Assembly (NCBI GenBank): GCA_964016885.1
Contig: OZ024746.1
Span: forward strand, 30,194,001-30,258,000
Origin: Eledone cirrhosa
Lineage: Eukaryota
Reading direction: 5' to 3'
Length of the DNA: 64,000 nt
Position 1 is the first letter of the stretch. Each line of letters opens with the position of its first letter. Below are positions 11,274-22,758 of the stretch, piece after piece. Under the pieces are notes generated by a model. The model was not told the DNA's origin and did not search any database. It was given only the letters and a program-made list of their open reading frames with translations. The position numbers and the translations under genes were made by a program.

Positions 11274-12446
11274 TTGTTACACAATAAGGTTGTTTCCGAG
11301 GCAATCCAAATTGAATCGACATGGGAACGGATGAAGTTCGTGCTTTTGGGTTTTTCATGAGTTCCCTTGTGAGTACCAATTCACCCCCACTGGTCTGCGC
11401 AAGCGCATGTCCGAAGGAAGTTGACGATTAGCCACCGCAGATTTCAACGAAATTCGCTGTCAGTTCACCCTCTCAGCCAAAACAATGGCCCACCTATGCC
11501 CTACCAAAGTTTACTGCTACCCATCACTACTGTAGCAGTCAGCCGAAAGCCAGAGGGGATGGGACGGTGTTAGTTGTTATAGGTCATAATACTACCTTTC
11601 ACTAAGCGTTGACAGTAAGACTGACCATCAACTCATAAGGGAAAATAAACTTAATTCTAGGTACTATGGTTTTACATTGGAAGTTAAGAGTGAGAGTTGG
11701 AAATAAAAATTAAAAATTAAAATCCTAAATCAAATATCAGAGATTATAAATTAAACAATTAAAAATTAAAAAATTCTAAATTCAAAAATGTTTCAAGTGA
11801 TAATTCGGATTGAGTAAAAATATAGATTGAAGTGAGTAAATAATATGGAGAGAGATGTTTAAGTAATAAGTTCCATATTATTTACTCACTTCAATCTATA
11901 TTTTTACTCAATCCGAATTATCACTTGAAACATTTTTGAATTTAGAATTTTTTAATTTTTAATTGTTTAATTTATAATCTCTGATATTTGATTTAGGATT
12001 TTAATTTTTAATTTTTATTTCCAACTCTCACTCTTAACATTCAATGTAAAACCATAGTACCTAGAATTAAGTTTATTTTCCCTTATGAGTTGATGGTTAG
12101 TCTTGCTGTCAACGCTTAGTGAAAGGTAGTATTATGACCTATAAAAACTAACACCGTCCCATCCCCTCTGCCTTTCGGCTGACTGCCACAGTAGTGATGG
12201 GTAGCAGTAAACTTTGGTAGGGCATAGGTGGGCCATTGTTTTGGCTGAGAGGGTGAACTGACAGCGAATTTCGTTGAAATCTGCGGTGGCTAATCGTCAA
12301 CTTCCTTCGGACATGTGCTTGCGCAGACCGGTGGGGGTGAATTGGTACTCACAAGGGAACGATGAAAAACCCAAAAGCACGAACTTCATCCGTTCCCATG
12401 TCGATTCAATTTGGATTGCCTCGGAAACAACCTTATTATGTAACAA

Positions 12447-12520
12447 GCTGTCTGATGATGACACGACACTCGCACACAGAACAGTGTGGCCAGTGTCGTC
12501 ATTGAAATATATATCACAGC
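12447..12520 (+). ncRNA. Type I hammerhead ribozyme
   Basis: gctgt CTGATGA (12452-12458), extended stem II (acgacact/agtgtcgt), GAAA (12504-12507), tatata, TC, acagc. AUC cleavage at 12515. Confidence 0.85.
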
Positions 12521-12643
12521 ATTATTATTAAAGGACTTGAACATCTGAAACTACTTCGCTTTTCCTTATTCGATATTTACTCCGTCACTCCTATGTGGAA
12601 AAAGTACGTTGAGTGCTTGAATTGAATTGCATCAATATTTACC

Positions 12644-12686
<43 letters not shown>

Positions 12687-12788
12687 ATTTATTATGTGTG
12701 CGTGCGTGTGTGTGTGTGTGTAGGTGATGAATAAATTGGGTATAATACCGGTTTATTACCAAATGCGAAGAACCTCGATATATCAACA

Positions 12789-12867
12789 CCTTAGGAAATG
12801 GTACAGAACATTATTTCCTTATTTATATATATATATATTATATATATATATATTATATATATATATA

Positions 12868-12922
<55 letters not shown>

Positions 12923-12951
12923 GAAATAATGTTCTGTACCATTTCCTAAGG
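12789..12951. repeat. Inverted repeat around (TA)n
   Basis: CCTTAGGAAATGGTACAGAACATTATTTCCTT and its reverse complement flank the TA tract. Confidence 0.9.
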
Positions 12952-13200
12952 AACACTCTCTAGATTTGTAATCCCTTGAGAAGCCCTTTTCGGGCGAAAC
13001 GTACGTAGGTGCTTTTGTATAAACATGTTCTAACAGTATGTATTCTCCTTTGTAATCCTTTCATTTGTAACCGCTCTCCTTATATTCTCGCCCACTAAAT
13101 ATTAACGCCTCCGATATTTAACCCTCTAGCCACAAGTATTGAGCACAAATGCACCAGCTTTTGGCAACTAACTATATGTATCGCTTATCCCTTAAACCTC
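12948..13200 (+). mobile_element. Solo pLTR fragment of the PLE family at 38097-38978
   Basis: Colinear similarity with 38698-38945 (AAGGAACACT, HHR, AAACATGTT, GCCCACTAAATATTAAC, ACTATATGTATC). Confidence 0.8.
12974..13009 (+). ncRNA. Variant hammerhead (U3-A8 core)
   Basis: cc TTGAGAA gccc ttttc gggc GAAA c gtac g TA gg. Short stem I. Confidence 0.65.
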
Positions 13201-14722
13201 TACTCTCTCACAATATTAAAATATTTTATATATATGTATATATATAGAGAGAGATTTATGCAGCAATGTAGCATTACTGAGACAAAATAAATCACGGTTT
13301 ATTATTATTTAGTTGAACCTTATCTCCGATATCTTATGCTGTCTTTCATTGTCTTATGTTCATATAATAAATAATCTGGTTTGTTTTAACATAATTAATG
13401 AAATAATCATTATCAAACTAATTGGGCAGAATTATGTGGTTAGGGAAAACCAAAAGAATATTAGTCAAATATTAATACTGGTTTCATTATTTCGTAGTTG
13501 CGAAGTAAACATCTTAATTACACAGTCTTGCCTGCACCTAGGAACAATTATCTATGATTAAAAAAAAAGAAAATAAATAAAAAAAATGCTATAATATGCC
13601 AAAAAATATCTTACCAAAATTATTTGATATTCTATTTCAGTCAGGAGCGTTATATCAGATGTTTTTCTCGTTTCTGAATGCATAGTGGGATATCTCTAAT
13701 CACAGTGTTAACAATATATGTTGTTTTGTTTTTTTTTAAATTATCGAAACTGGCTCCGAGAAAACAATTAATGAGGCAGCAAAACTGTAGTTAATTCTCC
13801 ATATATTTCCTGTCAATTCATACTCCGAGACTCCCTCGCGTGGAAGCTAGACCTGGTTGATGGCTGTGAAGCAGTTTCTGACAAATATACGCTTCACTTG
13901 TTAACAGGATGGTGTTATGCGTTGTGACTGTGCTGGCTGGGGGTCTTTGGTGGGGAAATGGCAAACATAGGTCTGGACTAGGATCAAGGTTGTGGTAGGG
14001 ATTGCGACTCACTGGGTGGAGATCTTCCATGTGAATCTAGTAGACACAGTCTTGACCTAGTAGAAGGCTTGTAACAGGAATACTGACTGTATTGGCTGGT
14101 TATCTCCTATGCAGACCTTTACACTACTTTCACATCTATATTTCTAAATCTCATTGAACTGTTTATCCCAAAGCAATCGTAGCTACACAATGTTTTATAT
14201 AAACTGTACTACATTGCACTCTTCATTCCTGAGTGAGGCTGAAAGTATTCAATTCAACGGGAAAAAGGCGCCATTTCTTTATTCTTTTATAAATGAGACA
14301 CTATACTCAAAATATTATAAAATAAAAGGTAAAAGTGTAAGCTTTTCATTAGTGTTCACTCCTTTGTTTACAACTTGCATTTTACTGACCTACGTCATAC
14401 AATACTAACCAAATTATTTGTATGTGAATCATCTTATTGAACTGGAATATATACAAATGTTAAATACTATACAAAACTTAGTGAAATGGCCTAATATAAC
14501 GTTAGATATTACAGAAAACCTTGAGATGAGAAGAGACGGAATATATTGTTAGATATTAGAGACAAGTTAGTGATGGAAAGAGACCAAATAGATTTTCTCA
14601 GCGAAATAAAACTTCCACGGTTTCGATTCTCAGGAGGAAATATGTCCTTCAATTAAGATATTAATAGTAATCGACTTATAAAAGATATGAATAGTTCAAT
14701 ATGTCTCATTATTTCAAAAACG

Positions 14723-14910
14723 GGCGGTGCATTGGCAGTATCGGTAGAGGGTCGGACGCCATGCTTTCCAGCATAGTTACGTCCCTTTACGATCTGAGTT
14801 CAAATCCCGCCGAGGTTGACTTTGCCTTTCATCCTTACGAGGACGATAAAATAAAGTACCAGTAATGCACTGGGTAATTGCTGGTCATGTGCCTAAAATA
14901 GAAACAATTA
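14723..14910 (+). mobile_element. tRNA-derived SINE (same family as 985-1170)
   Basis: GGCGGTGCATTGGCAGTATCGG, GAGTTCAAATCC, 3' end GAAACAATTA. Confidence 0.9.
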
Positions 14911-15216
14911 TTTTAAAATGTATATTCTGCTGGGAAATGTCCAGATTTTAGACACACACAGATCCAAACCACACACACACACACACACACGCACACACAC
15001 ATATATATATAAAGGAAGGTAAAATACTGATAGCAACCGCCTAGCGGTTTCGTCTTGTAAGGCTTGCTACAAACAAGTCAAAACAGCTAGATGTCGCGGT
15101 CTGGTGATTACCTTCGTTTATACCAATTGGGCACCTTCCCATGCTTGGAGTATTACTATGATTTGTGGTCTCTCCGGTCTCGACACCGCAGATTTTCAAT
15201 GTCTCTCTCTCTCTCT

Positions 15217-15270
<54 letters not shown>

Positions 15271-15274
15271 ATAT

Positions 15275-15308
<34 letters not shown>

Positions 15309-15482
15309 TTTTTCCTATTCCAGCCCCCACGTCCCTTCAGTCTATCTTATGTCTCATTCTTTCTTCTGATGAAGGACTAGCATCCCTCTTTCTGCTATTT
15401 CAAGCGTTAACCTAATATATTCCTTCCATATATATTGTACCGATTGTGTTGTTATTTCTGTTTACCTTTTACACACACACAC

Positions 15483-15544
<62 letters not shown>

Positions 15545-15610
15545 ATATAAATACATACACACACACACACGCACACACACACACACGCACACACACACAT
15601 ATATATATAT

Positions 15611-16680
15611 ATACGAAAGTTTTTGGTCGTATTGAACAGAACAAATTTTGTATTTTTGTTAATCGCTTGTTAAATGTGCAAGGACCCCATTCAATCATTA
15701 CCTTCTATCTAGCGTATTTTCAAACCTTAATTCCTAGCGTATTTTCAAACCTCAATCCCTAATTCTAGCGTATTTTCAAAACAAAAAAACAAAATCCTTT
15801 CCTTTTTTCGAAACTCCCGACCCGCTACTTCGAAGGCATGGGGCGGTCAAACGCCTAACACACACAACCATCATGCGGCCACCCCCCCTCTCTCTCTCTA
15901 TATATATATATATATGATAGGAATTCACTTCGCCAAATTTCATTGCTTTGCTGTCCACCCCACGATATTCAATCAACGTAATGTACATATTTTCCTTCAT
16001 CTCTACCTCCAAATCCATATTTCGTATCAAGTCCAAATAGCCAATCTATCGCTAAAACAATCTACATTTTTTGTATTTATTAATTGTTAAATACGAAAGT
16101 TTTTGGTCGTATTGAACAGAACAAATTTTGTATTTTTGTTAATCGCTTGTTAAATGTGCAAGCACCCCATTCAAATCATTACCTGCTATCTAGCGTATTT
16201 TCAAACCTTAATTCCTAGCGTATTTTCAAACCTCAATCCCTAATTCTAGCGTATTTTCAAAACAAAAAAACAAAATCCTTTCCTTCTTTCGAAACTCCCG
16301 ACCCGCTACTTCGAAGGCATGGGGCGGTCAAACGCCTAACCCACACAACCATCATGCGCCCCCCCCCCCCCCCCTCTCTCTCTCTATATATATATATATA
16401 TGATAGGAATTCACTTCGCCAAATTTCATTGCTTTGCTGTCCACCCCACGATATTCATGTAACGTAATGTACATATTTTCCTTCATCTCTACCTCCAAAT
16501 CCATATTTCGTATCAAGTCCAAATAGCCAATCTATCGCTAAAACAATCTACATTTTTTGTATTTATTAATTGTTAAATACGAAAGTTTTTGGTCGTATTG
16601 AACAGAACAAATTTTGTATTTTTGTTAATCGCTTGTTAAATGTGCAAGGACCCCATTCAAATCATTACCTCCTATCTAGC
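15611..16680. repeat. Tandem array of ~480-bp units (2.2 copies)
   Basis: Units start ATACGAAAGTTTTTGGTCG at 15611, 16091 and 16577 and are near-identical. Confidence 0.95.
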
Positions 16681-19600
16681 TACCCAACACCCCTCCCTCC
16701 CGCCCCCACGCACCACCATTGCTATTACGCGGACCAATCATAAGCCAGAGCCCCCACGCATCACCAGTATTATTAGGCGGACCAATCAGAAGCCAGAGGC
16801 CTATACTATCGCTTGCCTGGTTGCCTTTCGATATATGATGGATGGATGGACTGCGGAATCCTGGAGAGTGGAGGAGAGAGAGAGAAAAATCTGGACGCTC
16901 AGCGACAATGCCAAAGATAAAGACAAATTCACCTCTTGGACGAGAATGCGAGCACTCCTCATTGTTTCGACCGCGGACGGCTAACATAACCCCATCGCCC
17001 CCCGCCCCCCACCGCCCCCAACCCCCAAACGCAATCCAAAACTTCAGAGTTGGTACCATAAATGTAGGCACCCTAAAGGGTCACGCTAACGAAGTTGTAG
17101 AAATGCTTGAACGTAAGGAGGTCGATGTTTGTTGTATTCAAGAGACCAGGTGGAGGGGTGGGTCTGCTAGGTTCATTGAGGGTAAAAAACGATGTTATAA
17201 GCTTTTCTGGGTGGGAAACGACGATGGGCTGGGTGGAGTAGGAATCATGGTAGCAGAAAAGTGGGCAGATAAGATAATAGACGTAAATAGAGTGAACGAC
17301 AGAATAATTAAAATACGACTTGTCCTCAATAGAACTACGGTGACAGTAATATCTGCGTACGCACCCCAATCCGGACTGCCCGGCACTATAAAAGACAGAT
17401 TCTATGAGACACTGATGCTAACTACCTCCCAAATATCCGACAGTGACTATATAATTATCGCAGGCGACCTAAATGGTCACGTTGGACAACATTGTGACGG
17501 CTACGACGAAATCCATGGAGGCTATGGGTTTGGTACTAGAAATGAGGAAGGCTCCAGAATCCTGGAATTCTGTGATGCAAATAACCTAACTATCTGTAAC
17601 ACTAACTTCAAAAAACGTGACAATCACCTGATCACCTATAGATCCGGGGAACACACAAGCCAGGTAGATTATATCCTTACCAGAAGACGTGACAGAGTGT
17701 CTGTTGTAAACACTAAATCCCTCCCCCATGAAGAATGCACCTCCCAACATAGACTGATAATTAGCGACCTCATAGTCAGGACGAGACGTACTCGACAGCA
17801 GAAGAGGACTATCCTCAGGAGAAAAATATGGAAGCTAATGGACCCCACAGCCAGGAATAAATTTCAAAGCATATTACTTGATGCTTTCGACAGTAAGGAA
17901 GAACATTTAGAGTCGGACAATATAGAGGGAGAGTGGGAATTTCTGAAAGCAAACCTGCTGTTGGCGACAGACGAAGTCTGTGGCTGGAGCAGGCCTGTAG
18001 GCAGGAGGAGAGTAACATGGTGGTGGAACAGTAAGGTGGAGGGGTCAATTAAGGCCAAAAAGCAGGCTTGGAAAGTATGGTGGGATGGGGGAAGTAGAGA
18101 AGACTATCAAGTTGCCAGGAGGGAAGCTAGGAGACAAGTGTACTTCGCAAGAAGGGAAGCTGAGGAAAGAAAGTTCAAGCATGTTCTACAACGCGATGAC
18201 CAAAAACGTGAGGTGTTCAGGATTGCTAGGCAATGCGTCAAGGAAAACCGTGATATTGTCGGGGAGAAGTGTGTACTAAACGACGATGGCACACTTGCCA
18301 TCACCGACGCTGATAAGAAGGTTAGCTTGGAAGTGTCACTATGAAAGGCTACTAAATGAGGAGAATAAATGGGAGAAAGACAGTCTCCCCCATATCGACC
18401 CAATAGAGGGACCAGCAGTGTTAGTCGAGGGGAGTATAATAAGTAAGGCAATCAAGGATATGAAGACGGGTAAGGCGGCTGGGCCTTCAGAAATAGTTGC
18501 TGAGATGCTGAAGGCATCTGGCACGGTGGGACACACCATGGTCACCCGCATAGTTAACCAAGTCGTACAGAATGGGGTTGTTCCGAAGGACTGGCATAGC
18601 AGCATCATCGTTAACTGTTATAAGGGTAAAGGAGACGCCCTAGATAGGAGTAACTATAGAGGCATTAAATTAATCGACCAGGTCATGAAGGTCACGGAAA
18701 AAGTAATAGCGCAACTAATCAGAGAGGGAATTGACCTAGATGAAATGCAGTTCGGGTTTGTGTCAGGCAAAAGTACCACAGACGCTCTTTTCATAGTACG
18801 ACAACTACAGGAGAAGTACCTAGCTAAAGGTAAACCCCTCTACTTAGCTTTTGTCGACTTGGAGAAAGCCTTCGACAGAGTCCCCCGCTCCATTATCTGG
18901 TGGGCTCTTAGAAAACTAGGCGTTGACGAATGGCTTGTGAGGGCTATACAAGTCATGTATAAAGAAACAGTCAGCAAGGTTAGAATTAACAACGAATATA
19001 GTGAAGAGTTTAGCGTAAAAGTTGGCGTCCATCAGGGCTCTGTTCTCAGCCCCCTACTATTTATTATTGCCCTTCAGGCTATAACAGAGGAGTTCAAGAC
19101 AGGCTGCCCATGGGAACTCCTATACGCAGACGACCTGACACTCATAGCGGAATCAATGGCCGAGCTAGAGAAGAAATTCCAAACATGGAAGCACGGCCTA
19201 GAGTCAAAAGGACTTAAAATTAACCTGGCTAAGACCAAAGTACTAGTTTGTAGGAAAGAAAACAAGGCGGCGGTCCCTTCTGGGAAATGGTCGTGCTCGG
19301 TGTGTAGGAAAGGCGTAGGTAGAAACTCCATTTTATGTCCTAAATGCAAAGTATGGGTGCATAAAAGATGTAGTGGGATCACAGGTAAGCTAACTAAGAA
19401 CATAGATTTTACATGTGGCCGGTGTTCTGGTGCAATAAGTAGCAGCAAGTGCCCACAAAATACTAGCTCTTTCAACTGCGCAGAGGGTTCTATAGAAATA
19501 GTGGACAGCTTCCGTTACCTGGGCGATAAAATCAGCAGTGGGGGAGGGTGCTCTGAAAGTACTGTAGCTAGAGTCAGAACTGGTTGGAAAAAGTTCAGTT

Positions 19601-20470
19601 ACCACTATTAGCTGCTAAAGGGTTCTCCCTAAAAATGAAAGGCAGGTTGTACGATGCCTGTATACGAACAGCAATGCTGCATGGCAGTGAGACCTGGGCA
19701 TTGTGTGCAGAGGATATACGCAGACTAGAGAGGAACGAAGCTTGCATGCTCCGCTGGATGTGTAACAGTAATATACGTGAACGGCAAAGCATAAACGAAC
19801 TAAGGAAAAAATTAGAGATAAGAGGGATCAGATTTTGTTTACTCGAGAGAAGGCTACGTTGGTATGGACACGTGATGCGCATGAAAGTCGATAGCTGTAT
19901 AACAAAGTGCAGGGCAATAAAGATAGACGGTAGTCACGGAATAGGCAGACCTAGAAAAACCTGGGACGAGCTGATAAACTCCGACATCACACACTTACAC
20001 CTCTCCAAGACAATGTCACTGGACCGAGACCTTTGGCGGTACTCAGTAACAGAGAAGACCCGCCTTACCTAAATATATAATAAAACCTACTCCAGCCAGT
20101 AGGCATCTCTAACAAAATACACCCCGTCCCACCACAACCACCCCCACCCCATCCACACCACCCCGTTCTATGTAAAGTTATGTTGGTGCCGCGCCATCGA
20201 GGCCGAAACAAATGAGATCGTGTAGGTGTCACGACAAAAAAACACACAGTCCACGCTGTAATGTGGCCGTGTAGGCAACACGGTAAAAACCTCCCAGACC
20301 CACACTGTAAATGTGGTTGGTGTTAGGAAGGGCATCCAACTGTAGAAAACCTGCCAGACAGTCCTATGCGAGCAAGACAATCACTCTTGCCTCAAGTGGG
20401 ACTACCCCCGTCCAAACCCATGCAAGCGTGGAACACGGACGTTAAACGTTGATGATGATGATGATGATGA
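16681..20470 (+). mobile_element. RTE-clade LINE, near full length, two frameshifts
   Basis: APE (GTINVGTL, CIQETRW, SAYAPQ, GDLNGH, VDYIL, SQHRL), RT (NYRGIKL, FVDLEKAFD, GVHQGSVLSPLLF, YADD), C-terminal RRLRWYGHVMR and GRPRKTW, (GAT)n tail. Confidence 0.95.
16842..20072 (+). pseudogene. RTE ORF (APE-RT-PHD) split into 16842-18344, 18286-19611 and 19584-20072
   Basis: Three overlapping ORFs are colinear with a single RTE polyprotein. Frameshifts near 18320 and 19597. Confidence 0.9.
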
Positions 20471-20491
20471 TATATATATATATATATATAT

Positions 20492-20571
<80 letters not shown>

Positions 20572-20837
20572 GTATGTAAATACAAGAGACAGTTTTGTGG
20601 AATATATTATCCCAGTCTTCTGAAGAAATCTGCAGACTTTCCTATCTATTTTCTGTTTAGATTAATGACTTAAGATCGACGTAAATCTGTTTGGCTGAGT
20701 CTGTAAGAGAGATAATGGATCGGAAAGTGGAAACATATTGGAAAAGTTGGTAATTCCAAGTAGATTGTCTGACACAAATTCCATATATATAAAGTGAATA
20801 ATAGACAGAGCGAAGAATATATATAAATATGTATGTA

Positions 20838-20891
<54 letters not shown>

Positions 20892-21119
20892 TATATATAT
20901 ATATATATATATATATTCATATATGTGTGTATATATGCACATACATACACATATATATATTCGTCTGTCTGTCTAGTATTCGATTTATATATATATATGT
21001 GCATTTATATATATATATATATATATGTGTGTGTATGTATATATATATATATATATATATGTGTATGTATATATATATATATATATATACATACATATAT
21101 ATATATATATATGTGCATT

Positions 21120-21154
<35 letters not shown>

Positions 21155-21179
21155 ATATATATATATATATATATACATA

Positions 21180-21241
<62 letters not shown>

Positions 21242-21418
21242 CATACACACACATATATATATATACATACACACACACACCCATATATATATATATACAT
21301 ACACACACGCACACTTATATATATATACATACACACAGACACACACATATATGTATATACATACACACACACATATATATATATATATACACACACACAT
21401 CCATATATATATATACAT

Positions 21419-21456
<38 letters not shown>

Positions 21457-22431
21457 ACACAGACACACACACATATATATACATACACACACACACACTC
21501 ATATATATATATATATATATATAATCTGTATGAGGTAAATAAAACACAGACAGAATAATTCTTCATTGCATTCGTTTTCTATTTCTTCATCGTTTAATAA
21601 GGATTTATTTTAAAAGCTTAAAAAAACAATTCATATCGCCGACTATAATGATACAACAACAACAACAACAGCTGTATCAACAATAGTATAAACAACAACA
21701 ACAACATCTGCAACAGCAATAAGAAAGGTAAACATCGTGACTCACATGATTATTGGAATAGTGAAAAAAAAAGAAAATTGTGATCGAAATATGACCACGT
21801 TTATGGGGGGGGGAGGGATCTACGTCAATTCTCACGATGACTCTTCCAGCTTTTCGATCAAGCTTCAAAAATTAAGACGGCTTTACGTAAGGGTCTATTC
21901 GACATTATTTTACCTAGATTTTCGGATGGCCAAAATAACTTTATATACAATATGAGTGTGGCCGGGTTTGCCCCAGTAAAGCTGGTCTTAGAAGTCATCA
22001 TAGAAGCCATGTGCGTAATGTTGCCAATTATGATCTCTTTGGCATTTCCTCCTGTCGGAAGTGTGGAAAACAATGCGCCTGGGCCGATGAACCCCAGTAG
22101 GGCACCAAATTAGACGTAATATTGATCAATGCATCATATGCAGCAAGGAATGTAAATCATTGGGAGCGGTGATGAAAAGACATTAGAAACACATATCAGG
22201 TAATTGCAAATCAGACAAAAACTGTTTGGATTCCTCAGACAGCAACTAGACGGCGAACATTTTGATCAGAAGTATTCAATACAGGGTGTGAATTTGTGTT
22301 AGGTTTAGGATAAAGATGAGAAAGACTGGAAGAAGTCGTTCTCAAAAATACAATGAATTATCGAAAGAAGACAGAATTCATCTGAGGGCCCTTCGCCAAT
22401 TTCATATGTATATATATAATAATAATAATAA

Positions 22432-22472
22432 TTGTTTCTACTTTAGGCACAAGGCCAGCAATTACCCAGTGC

Positions 22473-22474
<2 letters not shown>
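22432..22474 (-). mobile_element. SINE 3' fragment
   Basis: TTGTTTCTACTTTAGGCACAAGGCCAGCAATTACCCAGTGCAT, embedded in (AAT)n. Confidence 0.8.
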
Positions 22475-22515
<41 letters not shown>

Positions 22516-22758
22516 TTTCTTTATTAACCACAAGGGTTTACATAAAGTAGACATTAAGGACAGTACAGGACAATACAGGACGGTACAAATGGGCATTTCT
22601 GCGTGTAAAAAAAACAGAGGATGTAATAAAAATAACAATGAAAAATTCCCCAATACGGGGGAGACTTCCGAGGGACATTTGTGGAGAAAGCCCATTAAAA
22701 GACCACAGTGACCCTGACCACCAGGGCAAGTGCCCTCTCCCAGTTTTCCACCTTTAAT

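Larger units (their letters stand above)
11149..12647 (+). mobile_element. 1.4-kb non-coding palindrome (PLE pLTR-like fold-back) with a hammerhead in each arm
   Basis: Arms 11149-11849 and 11872-12571 with a 22-bp spacer and about a dozen differences. The right arm extends ~75 nt further into (TA)n. Confidence 0.9.

Noticed and set aside
11149-12571. Palindromes as long-read fold-back artefacts
   Set aside because: Arms differ by several substitutions or indels, have spacers and share a consistent asymmetric tail. Read-level confirmation is still advisable for the near-perfect 540-931 case.
13818-14110. GC-balanced unique stretch as a possible host exon
   Set aside because: No recognisable protein motif and no partner exons; needs RNA-seq.
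15031-15400. Two HHR-like remnants (minus 15031-15070; plus CTGATGAAGGA at 15366)
   Set aside because: The first lacks the CUGAUG core and the second lacks GAAA; too incomplete to call.
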